IMG/VR virus record: IMGVR_UViG_3300038463_000401
Reading direction: 5' to 3' (one strand)
DNA length: 64,000 nt
From: a virus
The translations under genes were made by a program, and so were the position numbers. The notes beneath the pieces are model-generated. The model ran no database searches. It was not told where the DNA came from and saw only the letters and a program-made list of their open reading frames with translations. Shown here piece after piece: positions 27,627 to 37,835 of the stretch; the first letter of the stretch is position 1, and each line of letters starts with the position of its first letter.

Positions 27627-28630
27627 TAGCCCTCCGGGTATTGCATGAAGCTGACACGCTCGATGAACGACTTCTCGCTGAACCCAGCAACTGGGCCAGC
27701 CTTGCCGAGCACGTAGTCCATGGCATGCATCATCTTGGCATCGGTGTTATCCAGGTGGTGGACTAGGATGGCTTCGAGGGTAGCCGGCTGTACCGGGCTG
27801 CCCCACTCGACGCGGCCGTGGTGCGCGGCACAGAGGTGCATGAGCTGCGCGCGCTCGAGCTTGAACTGCGCTGCGCTGAGCGTAGACCAAGCTTTGCCCC
27901 CACCGGCGGCCTCCTGACTACGTAGCCACTTATTCGCCGCCTCAAATACCCACGCCGGCCCGAGCACCATGTGGTTCGCCAAGATGCCCAGCCCCGTCGT
28001 GCTGAACGCCGGCGTCTTATAGTCGTACTCAATGATCTTGCCAGCATCGTGGATCATCAGCCCGAAGAGCACCTTGTCACGACTGATCTTCGGGCAGTAG
28101 TTACGCCGGTAGTGGTCCACCAGCAGCTCGCCCATTTGGCAGAGCGACCAGACATGCTCTAACAGCCCGTTATACCAGGCATTATGTACGCCGCGCGCCG
28201 CCGGTGCCAACTTGAACGCCTCGGTGACTTCGGGGTGGTTGAGAAGGATCTCCTCCGCGACGTACTTGGTGAGCGGCTCCTGAAAGCTCGCAACCTTGTC
28301 CACGAGGTACGACCACATCGTTTCAACATCGAACTTAGTCCGTTTCGCGAACAGCCCCGGGTCTTTGTCGCTCGGCATGATCATGGCGTACTTCATCTGA
28401 AGCGCGCCCTGGTAGCTACTCACGTCCCCGTTGATCTCTACGACCACGCCCTCTTTGAGCCAGCCGTTCGACGAGTAATCCCACATCACCCCGGCAATGC
28501 TCCCAGACTCATCCCTTATGGTTAGCCTTAGATACGGCTTTCCCGCCTTTGTTGCCGAGACTTCTAGCTTTTCTACCAGGCCGTGAATGCCCTCTACGCT
28601 CGTACCTTCGGTCAGCTCTTTGATCTGCAT
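27626..28630 (-). CDS. OB-fold + HD-domain 3'-5' exonuclease (YhaM/Cbf1 family)
   Basis: TKAGKPYL...D-x-SG, HNAWYNGLLEH, IHDAGK, HHG-x-x-EWGSP, LDNTDAK. Confidence 0.9.
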   Translation of the reverse strand: MQIKELTEGTSVEGIHGLVEKLEVSATKAGKPYLRLTIRDESGSIAGVMWDYSSNGWLKEGVVVEINGDVSSYQGALQMKYAMIMPSDKDPGLFAKRTKFDVETMWSYLVDKVASFQEPLTKYVAEEILLNHPEVTEAFKLAPAARGVHNAWYNGLLEHVWSLCQMGELLVDHYRRNYCPKISRDKVLFGLMIHDAGKIIEYDYKTPAFSTTGLGILANHMVLGPAWVFEAANKWLRSQEAAGGGKAWSTLSAAQFKLERAQLMHLCAAHHGRVEWGSPVQPATLEAILVHHLDNTDAKMMHAMDYVLGKAGPVAGFSEKSFIERVSFMQYPEG

Positions 28631-28959
28631 GTGTGTTCTCCTTCAGCACTCTTATACCGGCTTTATGCTCGGGGCACCCGCCCATCGTGCCAGGGATCAT
28701 TAGCCCCGTCCAGCAGCACTTAGGGCAATCTCCAAAGTAGGCCTCGCCCAGATCTGACGCGGCAACGAACTCATAGTGGTCGCTGTGCGGAATGCCCTTC
28801 CGATCGACGACAAGCTTGCCGCAGTGGCAGCTTCCCGCCCCCATAACGATGTCTTCGCAGCCGAGGCACTTGATCACTGTTGGCCCCCACCCTAGGTTTT
28901 CGGTTGACATTGTTCGTGCCAGCATCCTAACCTCCGACTAAGCAACTAAAGGAGAACAC

Positions 28960-29187
28960 ATGAGCATCACTCCAGTTTCGAACGTCCACCCCCTTAAGCC
29001 CCATCACGGCATCTTCCCGGATCATCTGCGCCGCCGGCTCGAAGAGAGCGTGAAGCCGCACACCGAGAAGCCCGACCAAGCCATCAGCTCGGTTGAGCAA
29101 GCCCTGTGCGTATTTCTCGTCGAAGTGGCGCGTAAGACCGCTATTGCGCTGGGTAAGAAGCTGTCGCAGGTTATGTCAGGCAAATAG
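28960..29187 (+). CDS. Hypothetical protein
   Basis: RBS aaaggagaacac directly before ATG. Confidence 0.6.
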   Translation: MSITPVSNVHPLKPHHGIFPDHLRRRLEESVKPHTEKPDQAISSVEQALCVFLVEVARKTAIALGKKLSQVMSGK

Positions 29188-29301
29188 TCTCTCCGCGGGC
29201 CCGTGTTCAGTTTAGCACGGGCCCCGGCGCCCATTGAAAGCCTTGGCGTTTCACCCTCATATGGTCTACCATATAGCTGTCCCACCACTCGGGGAGTCAG
29301 C

Positions 29302-30204
29302 ATGTTTTTAGATCCCAGTTCATTCGCTGAAACGAAAGTGTCGATGGAGCACTTCCGTGAATGGGCGAATAGTATCGCGTCGTCGTACCTGACTAGCGGG
29401 ACGGAGCCGACCACGTCTCTTTGTAAGATCGCGCAGTCTGAGGAGCTAACCCCTCATCAGATCGCGTTGGTTGCCGGCGAGGCGAATAAGCTTATCCACC
29501 AGCAGAAGTATGCAGCCGCCGCGGATAAGTACTTCGCCGCGGACTTCCCGCATGCCGACGCGCGCGCTGCAATTGCTTCGTTGCAAAATGGCGGCTCGTT
29601 GAAGGTTGCTGCTGTCTTGGCTTCGCCGACAGCGGAAGTCCCCGACGACTACGACCCATTCGGCATGGGCCCGCAAGGCGAGGTCAAGACCGCTGAGCTG
29701 AAGCACCAGTTCAAGCACACGATCCTGAAGACGGCCAACCTCCAAGAGAAACTGCGCGACCGCGCTATTCTCACGAAGGAAGCTGCGGACAACGCTGAGC
29801 GCGCGTTCATCAAGGAAGCTCGCCAGGCGGTCCTTAGCGACAGCAACTCTGCTGAGCGCATGAAGACGTTGGGTGGCATCGACCACTTCGCCAAGTGCGC
29901 CGGCCTGGATGCCAAGCGCCAGCTCGCCAAGCTGGCCTACGTGCTGAGCCGCGAGGGCTTGCTGACCCAGTCCCATGCCAAGACTGCGCTGAGTTACTTC
30001 ATGTCCAAGGAAGCCGACTGCAAGGCCCCCGAGGAGCTGATCAGCGAATGGTTGCCGGCGCGCGTCGTTAACGGCACGCACCCGCTTTACATCACGCTAA
30101 AGACGTTCCACGACCACCAAGGCCGGATGGATGATAACCGCGGCCGCTCGTCGATCGTCGACGACAAGCTCCAAATCCTCCGTCAGAAAGTCCGCGCGCT
30201 ATGA
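29302..30204 (+). CDS. Virion head-associated protein with K-x-A motifs
   Basis: First gene of the + strand structural module; LKVAA, VKTAE, LKTAN, AKTAL. Start placed at ATG 29302. Confidence 0.65.
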   Translation: MFLDPSSFAETKVSMEHFREWANSIASSYLTSGTEPTTSLCKIAQSEELTPHQIALVAGEANKLIHQQKYAAAADKYFAADFPHADARAAIASLQNGGSLKVAAVLASPTAEVPDDYDPFGMGPQGEVKTAELKHQFKHTILKTANLQEKLRDRAILTKEAADNAERAFIKEARQAVLSDSNSAERMKTLGGIDHFAKCAGLDAKRQLAKLAYVLSREGLLTQSHAKTALSYFMSKEADCKAPEELISEWLPARVVNGTHPLYITLKTFHDHQGRMDDNRGRSSIVDDKLQILRQKVRAL

Positions 30205-30434
30205 TGGAACGTTTGTTCGACAAAGTCGCACAGCGTCACGACGAGATCGTCAAGGCGGCCTTTATTGGCACCATTCTTGGTGCTGCCGGCAAGGCTATGC
30301 TTAGGAACCCGCTCAGAACCCTAGGCGGCGTCTTTGATGCTCAGCAAGCTGGTTCTGTCGCGCGCAGCTCGGCTAAGAATATGGCCGGCCAGGGTATACA
30401 GGCAGCAGCACCCGCACTCGCAAACACCTTTTGA
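30201..30434 (+). CDS. Small virion-associated protein
   Basis: MMERLFDKVAQ...VKAA; overlapping stop/start junctions. Confidence 0.55.
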   Translation: MMERLFDKVAQRHDEIVKAAFIGTILGAAGKAMLRNPLRTLGGVFDAQQAGSVARSSAKNMAGQGIQAAAPALANTF

Positions 30435-30441
30435 GGTAGTC

Positions 30442-31614
30442 ATGCAATTCCCCTGGCTCGAAGAGCTCGTAAAGAAAGGCCACGTTACCGAGGCCGATCG
30501 TAACAGCATCTATGCGGACTGCTCTGCGGTGGTTAAGACTGCTGCGTCTGATGCCCAGAAGGCAGCGGAGATCCACGCACTGGCCGTGAAGATGCAGGGC
30601 GGGATGATGAGTGCCATGAAGGTGCCACTGTTCGTCGGCGCGCTGGCCCTCCCCATTGTGCTGAACAAAGTCCTGGGTAAGATGGGAGAGAACGCGGAGA
30701 TCAAGACCACGCTTGCGGCGATTAGCAAGAATCGGGCGGATCTTTTGGCGAAGCCTGAGTTCGCGCAGCACGCGCAGAAGGCGGGGGCTCGCTTTGATGA
30801 AATCGCCGGACTAGCCCCCACCGTTGCAAGAAACCCCGCGTTGGTCGGCAGACTCCTGGAGGAGAAGCTGCACACGGGTCTTACCGCAGAAGACGTGAAC
30901 AGCCTTGCAATCATCCAGGCGTCCTACACGCCGAAGTATTCCTACCAGGAGAAGCTGACGAAGCACGCCGCGGAAGAGAAGCTCGGCGAGACCGCTGCGG
31001 ACATGCTGCTGATCTGCGCCGAAGCAGGCCTTATCAAGCAAGCTGCTGGCGGCAAGATGGGCATCTTTGGCGTCCCCAGTGGGCTGAGCAAAGTCCTCTC
31101 CCACTCCCTTATGATGACTGCAGGTCCGATCCTTTTCGGTTTGGGCCGCGGCGCAGTCGATCATCTGTCCGAAATACGCAACAAGACGGTGCGCGAGAAG
31201 CGGCTGACAGAGTCCTTCCAGGCTGCGCTTGACTCCCCGGAAGGAGAGTCCCTGCGCGATCAGCCTGAGAAGGCCCGCCAAGCGTTTCAAACACTCGCTC
31301 ACTTCTCTCCGAACGTTGCGATGCAGCCAGTGGCCGCGCGCAGCTTCATGAAGAAGCTCATCGACTACAAGGGTGATGTGCACTCCGGCGATATCCGCGA
31401 CCTCACGGATATCGAAGCCAAGATGCGCAGCGCGGGCCCCTCGCCGTTCCTCAAAGGATTCCGCGAGGGCGCCGATGCCGCGGGCTTCAAGGATGCCTTC
31501 AAGGGCAGCCTAGCCCCCATTACCGGACCATACTCCAGGCAGCTAGAGACAGAGCTAGCAACCAGCCTCGGAGTGAGCTCGAAGAGCCGACCAGTGGAGG
31601 CCTCCGCTGGATAA
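30442..31614 (+). CDS. Virion head-associated protein with K-x-A motifs
   Basis: VKTAA, TKHAA, IKQAA; RBS gaggt before ATG 30442. Confidence 0.65.
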   Translation: MQFPWLEELVKKGHVTEADRNSIYADCSAVVKTAASDAQKAAEIHALAVKMQGGMMSAMKVPLFVGALALPIVLNKVLGKMGENAEIKTTLAAISKNRADLLAKPEFAQHAQKAGARFDEIAGLAPTVARNPALVGRLLEEKLHTGLTAEDVNSLAIIQASYTPKYSYQEKLTKHAAEEKLGETAADMLLICAEAGLIKQAAGGKMGIFGVPSGLSKVLSHSLMMTAGPILFGLGRGAVDHLSEIRNKTVREKRLTESFQAALDSPEGESLRDQPEKARQAFQTLAHFSPNVAMQPVAARSFMKKLIDYKGDVHSGDIRDLTDIEAKMRSAGPSPFLKGFREGADAAGFKDAFKGSLAPITGPYSRQLETELATSLGVSSKSRPVEASAG

Positions 31615-33583
31615 GCTAGTCATACTCGAAGGCAAGTCTGACCGCGGCATCTTCACTTATGTGATTGATGCTGAGCGCAGCTATCTCGAGAAGACGGCGT
31701 CCGCGTACCACCCAGCCATTGGTGCCTACATCAACTCGGCCAAGCCGATCAAGGGCAAGACGCAAATCCTCCTGACTGCGCTCGGCGCCGGCGAATGGTG
31801 GGGCCATAACGTCAACGGCGACTACTTCCCGGAAGCAGCGCTGTCGCATGAAGGACCGGACTACGGCTTCAAGACGTTTGAGCTCTATGCCAACGTCTAC
31901 AAGCACCACTTGAACCGCCCGCATGAAGGCCACCAGATCTATGGCAAGGTTGCGCTGTCGGTCTACAACCCCCTATTCCATAGGGTAGAGCTGATCGTCC
32001 ACATCGACAACGCCGCGGCGCCGGACATTGTCGACCGCATTGAGCATGGCGATTACCCGGACTGGTCGATGGGCACGAAGGTTCCTTACGACGTCTGCAA
32101 CCTTTGCCTGAACAAGGCACCGACACGCAAGCAATACTGCGAGCACCTCAAATATTACATGGGCCGCATCCCGCCCGGCTATGACCGCGTGGCCTATGCG
32201 ATCAACGACTTCCCGCGCTTCTTCGACATCAGCCAAGTGCTGATCGGCGCCGACCGCATTGCCAAGACGCATATGAAGGTCGCGCACGCGCGCAGCCCAT
32301 ACCTTCATATCAGCTCCGCTGCGCTTGCCGATAAGCTCGCCGAGGCCAAGGCCGCCGCGGAGAAGAAGGTCGCAGTCATGGACAAAGAGGTGCCCGCCAA
32401 TGCACCGCCTGCGTCCGTAAGCTCCCTGAGAGACCTTCTCAGCGCGATCCCGGAAGTGAAGTCCCGCGAGATGCCGCTGCCCACCGAGGTCCTCAACCGC
32501 CTCGGCGCCGCCGGCATGCCGGCCGCATCGTCAACCCTTGCCTCTTTGGGGATACTCCCCAAGCCGCAGGAGTTCCAACGCATCGTCCTCATCAGCATGG
32601 GCCAGCGCGCCGCGGCCGACGCTCTTGACCAGCGGAACATGTGCTTTGACCCTATGGACGGGGAGGAGTCTCCGGAAGCTGAGGCTAGGCTGGGGCTAAG
32701 CGCCACGCGCTTTGACCCTGCTATCATGCAGCTTCTCTTGCCGTTTATGTCAGAGAGAAGCTATGCCGCGCCGCACCTCGGGCCGCGGCTCGTCATTATG
32801 GTCAAGCGCGCCGCCGCGGCCCCGCTTCCAACTTTCATAAAATTAGGTAATGATAACGATGAACGCAAGCCAATCGGGATCCTTCCTATGCTTGCATTGG
32901 CGGCGGGTATGTACGCTGTCTTTGCAAGGAAGGCCCCTCCCGAAGCAGTGAAAGGGATCGACAAACTCGTTGCGTCGCATCCTGGGTTAGCCGCTGCTTT
33001 TGGGCTTGGACTTTACGCAACTTTCAATGAGTTGGTAAAGCCTACGCAAAAAGGAAATGCAGTGCCCGGCGAGCATTATGTAAACCCCGATACTGTCGAT
33101 GTGTTCAAGCGCATCGAAGAGCAGAAATCTAAGCCGTACACCAAGGTGGCCTTTCAAGTGGGCCCCGCGGCAAAACGGCTGTTCATTGGTATTCCTGCCG
33201 CCTATATGGCATCGGGTGTTCTGCAGAAGCATAAAGAGTTCAACCCTTCAGACGAAGAAGGCCGAATGAAATCATTCGTTCGGCGCAACCCTGACGTTTT
33301 GAGCGGTGCTCTCATTGCGGATGCTCTGCTGTCTCTTCATGGCAAAGGAACCCACGGACTCGTTAAACGCTTCGCCAAAAGCGCAGCGCTTGCTAACGAG
33401 ATCATGGGTGACGACGTCCTGTCGAAAACAGCATCGGCTCAGGAGTTTCTTACCAACGCTGTGATTCCTGCACTGGCGTTAGGGAAGGTCAACTTACCTG
33501 GGAGGATCGTCGGGGGCCTCTTCGATCAAGCGGCTTTGGAAGTATCGAAGAAGTTTCTAGATAGAAATTCAGGGGCGACCTAA
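31607..33583 (+). CDS. Putative prohead (capsid maturation) protease
   Basis: YKHHLN and DWSMG resemble the His/Ser motifs of HK97-type prohead proteases; Cys cluster C-x-x-C...C-x-H; located upstream of scaffold and capsid genes. Probable CTG start at 31607. Confidence 0.65.
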   Translation: MDKLVILEGKSDRGIFTYVIDAERSYLEKTASAYHPAIGAYINSAKPIKGKTQILLTALGAGEWWGHNVNGDYFPEAALSHEGPDYGFKTFELYANVYKHHLNRPHEGHQIYGKVALSVYNPLFHRVELIVHIDNAAAPDIVDRIEHGDYPDWSMGTKVPYDVCNLCLNKAPTRKQYCEHLKYYMGRIPPGYDRVAYAINDFPRFFDISQVLIGADRIAKTHMKVAHARSPYLHISSAALADKLAEAKAAAEKKVAVMDKEVPANAPPASVSSLRDLLSAIPEVKSREMPLPTEVLNRLGAAGMPAASSTLASLGILPKPQEFQRIVLISMGQRAAADALDQRNMCFDPMDGEESPEAEARLGLSATRFDPAIMQLLLPFMSERSYAAPHLGPRLVIMVKRAAAAPLPTFIKLGNDNDERKPIGILPMLALAAGMYAVFARKAPPEAVKGIDKLVASHPGLAAAFGLGLYATFNELVKPTQKGNAVPGEHYVNPDTVDVFKRIEEQKSKPYTKVAFQVGPAAKRLFIGIPAAYMASGVLQKHKEFNPSDEEGRMKSFVRRNPDVLSGALIADALLSLHGKGTHGLVKRFAKSAALANEIMGDDVLSKTASAQEFLTNAVIPALALGKVNLPGRIVGGLFDQAALEVSKKFLDRNSGAT

Positions 33584-33598
33584 ACACTTTAAGGAGCT

Positions 33599-34231
33599 AT
33601 GAACATGCCTACATTGCAAGAATTGTTGATGAGCGACGTCATGGGTTCGACCCAGACCAAGACAGCGGCTGCTGCCCCGGCGCAAGCCGGTGATGATGCT
33701 AGCCTTGAGAAGATCGCGATGGAGCTCGGCCTCTTTAGCGATAGCGAAGCTGCCCCGGCGGCCAAGACCGCTGCGGCGACCACTTCGGAAGTGTTAGCTG
33801 CTGCGGAAGCGGCTGCTGCCCCTGCCGAGAAGGTTGCTTCGGAAGGCTTCGGCGGCCTGTACGAATCCCTGTTCCCCGACGACTCCCTGGGCGGATCGGT
33901 CAAGACCGCGGAAGAAGAAAAAATCGCGGCGGAAGAAGCCCTAGGCGCCCGCACCTGGGATCATTTCGCTGCGCGCTTCGACGCCCGCATCGAAAAGCTG
34001 GCATACGCCGCGTTGTCGGGCTCGGCCCACAAAGGGGACACCGAAGCCCCGAACCACATTCCGAACAACAAGGGCCAACGCGACGCCGGTGGCGGCGCGA
34101 TCAACACGACCCCGTCTGTCGAAGACTCGGTCAAGGACCTTCATCCGGAAGGCGGCGTCGGCAAGTATGAGCACGGCCACAAAACGGCCGCGGTGCGGAA
34201 GCAAATGCTTCTCGCCATGCTCGACGGCTAA
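33599..34231 (+). CDS. Scaffold/internal head protein, acidic and Ala-rich
   Basis: Seven K-x-A motifs (TKTAA, EKIAM, AKTAA, EKVAS, VKTAE, EKLAY, HKTAA). Confidence 0.65.
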   Translation: MNMPTLQELLMSDVMGSTQTKTAAAAPAQAGDDASLEKIAMELGLFSDSEAAPAAKTAAATTSEVLAAAEAAAAPAEKVASEGFGGLYESLFPDDSLGGSVKTAEEEKIAAEEALGARTWDHFAARFDARIEKLAYAALSGSAHKGDTEAPNHIPNNKGQRDAGGGAINTTPSVEDSVKDLHPEGGVGKYEHGHKTAAVRKQMLLAMLDG

Positions 34232-34276
34232 ATCGCCCTGTTAGGGCAACCAAAACAAACTTTAAGGAGTTACAAC

Positions 34277-34996
34277 ATGCGTTTCGAAGATTTGAGCCCT
34301 GCCGACCAGGCGTTGGTCAACACCGATTTCGGCACCATGGACAAGGTCGCCGAAGAAATGGTGAAAGAAGCGTCTGAGTGCTACGAACGCGGCTTCGAGA
34401 AGACCGCCCTTGAAATCGCCGACGGCCTGGACAAGGCTGCTAGCGAAGAAAAAGAAGACAAGGAAGAAGAAGGCAAGCACGACGAAGAAAGCGAAAAGAA
34501 GGCGGAGCAATTGGCCTCCTTCTATGAGCGCGGCGTGTTTGACGGCCTCGCGAAGTTGGGTGCGGCGCGCCACGGCGACGAAATGCACTACTTCTGGCCG
34601 TTCGTCGAAGAGAAGGTCGCGGCTGAAGGCGCCCAAGCTGCGCTGGTCAAGCTCGGCAAAGTGATGGAATTCCTCGCGAACGCCGGCAAGAGCATGTCCC
34701 CGAAAGCCGTCTTTAGCCACGCGCGCAAGGCTGCGGTTGGCGAGCGCACCGTCGGCGCTAAGGCTGCTGGCAAAGCGGCTGAAAAGAAGATCCTCGCTAG
34801 AGCGGGCGACTCTGGCAACTTGAACGACGCCCAAGGCAAGCTCCTTGAGCGCGCGCGCAAGCTGCAAAAGACGACCCATCTGGGCAAAGGCGAGCGCGCC
34901 GCTGAAGCGGGCAAAGCTCTCGGCAAGGGTGCCGTGTATGCCGGCGCTGCCGGTGGCGCCGCGGCAGCGGCGCACCACGCTGCCAAGAAAGACTGA
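34277..34996 (+). CDS. Scaffold/internal head protein
   Basis: DKVAE, VKEAS, RGFEKTA, DKAAS, EKVAA; Gly/Ala-rich C-terminus. Confidence 0.65.
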   Translation: MRFEDLSPADQALVNTDFGTMDKVAEEMVKEASECYERGFEKTALEIADGLDKAASEEKEDKEEEGKHDEESEKKAEQLASFYERGVFDGLAKLGAARHGDEMHYFWPFVEEKVAAEGAQAALVKLGKVMEFLANAGKSMSPKAVFSHARKAAVGERTVGAKAAGKAAEKKILARAGDSGNLNDAQGKLLERARKLQKTTHLGKGERAAEAGKALGKGAVYAGAAGGAAAAAHHAAKKD

Positions 34997-35002
34997 TCCA
35001 AC

Positions 35003-35032
35003 GCGGGGCGGAGCTTGTGGCTTCCGCCCCGC
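35003..35032 (+). terminator. Stem-loop after internal head genes
   Basis: GCGGGGCGGA...TCCGCCCCGC. Confidence 0.55.
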
Positions 35033-35055
35033 ACCCTCTTCTTAAGGAATCACCC

Positions 35056-35424
35056 ATGCCAACAGTGAATGATATCTTGGCCGACTTCGACCGGCTGACC
35101 GAGAAGAGAGCGGCTGCTGCCCCGCGGCGTGACCCAGCCGAGCAGGCTGACGACGTGGTCAAGCTTGCTGAGCGCTTGGTTCGCAATGACCAAGTCAAGG
35201 TAGCTGCGCCGTCTCGCGATGAGGGCTCGCTGATCGCCAAGCTCGCTAGCAGCCTTGCGCTTACCGATACCCTGCTCAACTTGGGCACCCTGTCCAAGAT
35301 CGCCGAGGTTGAGGAAAGGGCGCGTGCGGCGGGGGCCAGCGATGCCACGATCGACCAATTCTTCGAGAAGAACGCTTCGTCATTTCAGATGGTTAGCGTA
35401 CTTCAGTTAATGCCCTGGCTCTGA
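35056..35424 (+). CDS. Small head-associated protein
   Basis: EKRAA, VKLAE, VKVAA, AKLAS, SKIAE. Confidence 0.65.
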   Translation: MPTVNDILADFDRLTEKRAAAAPRRDPAEQADDVVKLAERLVRNDQVKVAAPSRDEGSLIAKLASSLALTDTLLNLGTLSKIAEVEERARAAGASDATIDQFFEKNASSFQMVSVLQLMPWL

Positions 35425-35431
35425 GGTATGC

Positions 35432-36349
35432 GTGGACGAGTCGCTTGAAAAAGCCGCAGTCAGTGCGGCCACCCGGACCGCATTAAGCCATGCGGCCAGA
35501 GGCGTCTCTTCCGTTCGCGCAAAGCTTCAGCGTCTTCTCAAGAAGGGGCGAACGCCGCGTCCGCTTGGCACGCCTAAGCGTCGTGCAGATGGCGTAGGTC
35601 TGAAAGTCCCCAAGCGTTTCGCCTCTGGCATTAGCGAGAAGGACAAAGAAAAGGCCTACCGCGGCTACCGGGCGCAGGCGATGCGGTCAGGGGAGGATTC
35701 CCTCGTCGGCTACTTCCCTAAGATGCTTGCCGAGAAACTCCTGGGCAAGAAGCGGGTAGGTAAGGCACTGTGGAAGGGAATACACGAGCCTGCTCTCAGG
35801 GCGGATACCGCGATCGGCGACGTTCTTGCCAAAATGCCAGGCGTCGGCGGCCTCTTTAAGTCCAAGGAACAGATCCCGTGGGGCAAGGGCCTCCACAAAG
35901 ATGTCACCCGCTCGTCGGCGCTGGGCCCCCTGACCAAGCTTCGAGATGTAGCAGAACCAATCGCTCTTGGTGTAGGATTGGAGCGTGGCATCCACAAAGT
36001 CAAAGAGATCACGGGGAGAAACCACGAGAACAGCATGGATGACTTTGAACTGCGAAAGGAAGCGGCTTCAACCATGCTCCGTCTCCATCAGGAGAATAAG
36101 GAGCATACGAAGCGGGCGCACGCTCTTCGGCTGTTGTATAAACAGGCGGAGCTCGGCCAATCAGTATTACCGCAGACCCTCAGTGAGCTCGAAGAAAAGC
36201 TTGCCTCACTAGTCAACCAAGATCTCGTAGTGTTTGAGAAGGCACTGGAATTAGCTGGCGGTTCAATGAAGCTGGGTGAGCTTAGCCGAGATGAGGCAAG
36301 GCCATTTAGCGCCGAAGAACAATTCCGGGCCTCCGTCCTTAGTGATTAA
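35432..36349 (+). CDS. Head assembly/scaffold-like protein
   Basis: EKAAV, RKEAA, YKQAE, EKLAS; helical C-terminus directly upstream of the decoration and capsid genes. Confidence 0.6.
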   Translation: MDESLEKAAVSAATRTALSHAARGVSSVRAKLQRLLKKGRTPRPLGTPKRRADGVGLKVPKRFASGISEKDKEKAYRGYRAQAMRSGEDSLVGYFPKMLAEKLLGKKRVGKALWKGIHEPALRADTAIGDVLAKMPGVGGLFKSKEQIPWGKGLHKDVTRSSALGPLTKLRDVAEPIALGVGLERGIHKVKEITGRNHENSMDDFELRKEAASTMLRLHQENKEHTKRAHALRLLYKQAELGQSVLPQTLSELEEKLASLVNQDLVVFEKALELAGGSMKLGELSRDEARPFSAEEQFRASVLSD

Positions 36350-36372
36350 GAAAACTTTTGGAGGAAGAGAAG

Positions 36373-36855
36373 ATGACTCAGTTAGTGGTTGCGATTGGCC
36401 AAGCTTCGATCGTTCCGGTCCAACAAGACCTGACGACGCAGTATGCGCCTCTCGAGATCCTTCGCGGTTTCGAGCAGATGAAGCGGGTGGACTACCCGAT
36501 GACGCCCGGCGTCGCCTTGAACAAGGGTGAATGGGGCTGTCTCAATGACAGCGGCGTCGTTACCCGCCCGACGGGTACCGCTGTGCAGGCGACGTACCTG
36601 TGCTTTGCGGGCACGGAACAGTTTGACTCCGCCGCCACCGGCGCGGTCACCCTGCTCCCGAACTCCTTGGTGCGCATCCAAACGTCGATGTACAACACTG
36701 CTGGTACCTACCACGTCGGCACGCCGCTGACCGTGAAGGATACCGGCGGTGGAGTCGCGGTCGTCACGCCGGCCGCGGGCGGTGACCCCGTCCTGGCTCG
36801 TTGCGTGGTCGTTCCGACGAGTGGTTCGATCGTGTACGACACGGTCTGCACCTAA
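36373..36855 (+). CDS. Putative head decoration/cement protein
   Basis: Small beta-rich protein immediately upstream of the major capsid gene. Confidence 0.6.
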   Translation: MTQLVVAIGQASIVPVQQDLTTQYAPLEILRGFEQMKRVDYPMTPGVALNKGEWGCLNDSGVVTRPTGTAVQATYLCFAGTEQFDSAATGAVTLLPNSLVRIQTSMYNTAGTYHVGTPLTVKDTGGGVAVVTPAAGGDPVLARCVVVPTSGSIVYDTVCT

Positions 36856-36899
36856 CACCTGGCTTCAAGCCTTAAACTAAAGAAAGAGGAGAGATACTC

Positions 36900-37823
36900 A
36901 TGGAAGGTTTGGACGCCCAGACATTCAACAACCTCTTCATCGAGAGGTTGGACACGACGGAAGGGATCCAGAAGACCGCGGCTGGCGGCGCTGCTTTCGT
37001 CCGTGCGAAGATTCGTGAAATTGGCTTCGGCCGGCGCATCTTGCCGCCGGAATCCGTCACCCGCGCGGACCTGACGCGCTCCACCGATCACGACACGCTG
37101 ATCAAAATCGTGGACATCGAACACGATTCGACGGCGCTCGCGGTCAACTTCGCTTCCGAAGCGAACGAGCGCTACCTGCAAGGCAAGCGCTACGCGTTGC
37201 CGTTCTTCAAGATCGAGTCGGACAAGTTCATCAAGTCCGAAGGCGAGCTCTTGGCCTATGATTACCCGATCACGAAAGTGATCGAAGAAAACTCGGTCAA
37301 GGACATCCAACGCGTTGAAGACATCCAGTTCATCAACTACGCGGACGCTGCGATTGCCGTCACCGGCAAACTGCTCGTCTCGGCCGCCACCGCGGTTGAT
37401 CGCGTCCAGATGAACAGCCTGTTCAAGATGATCGACTTTGACAAGTTGACCGTCGGCTGCGCTTTGATGAACACCGTCGACTACGACGACTGGATGGTCC
37501 AACCGGCCACCGACGTCGGCTCGCCGCTCGCTTCCGAAATGACGGTCGAAGGGTACAAGTACCAGACCATCATGAACCGTAAGCTGGTCGTGACCAACAA
37601 GACGGACATCATCATCCCGGGCGAGATCTACGCCTTCACCGAGCCCGCATATCTCGGCAACTTCTTCATCCTGAACGACGTCAAGTTCTGGATCAAGAAA
37701 GAAGCCGACCTTGTGATCTGGAAGACGTGGGAATACATTGCCGAAGGCTTCGGCAATATCAAGTCGATCGCCAAGATCGAACTGCAAGTCCCGACGCCGC
37801 TCCCGGTCAACGGCACTGTCTAA
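36900..37823 (+). CDS. Major capsid protein (HK97-fold, inferred)
   Basis: 307 aa, strong RBS, strongly biased codon use, followed by a terminator; N-terminal IQKTA-AGG; REIGFGRRILPP. Confidence 0.8.
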   Translation: MEGLDAQTFNNLFIERLDTTEGIQKTAAGGAAFVRAKIREIGFGRRILPPESVTRADLTRSTDHDTLIKIVDIEHDSTALAVNFASEANERYLQGKRYALPFFKIESDKFIKSEGELLAYDYPITKVIEENSVKDIQRVEDIQFINYADAAIAVTGKLLVSAATAVDRVQMNSLFKMIDFDKLTVGCALMNTVDYDDWMVQPATDVGSPLASEMTVEGYKYQTIMNRKLVVTNKTDIIIPGEIYAFTEPAYLGNFFILNDVKFWIKKEADLVIWKTWEYIAEGFGNIKSIAKIELQVPTPLPVNGTV

Positions 37824-37835
37824 GCATTAGCTCCT

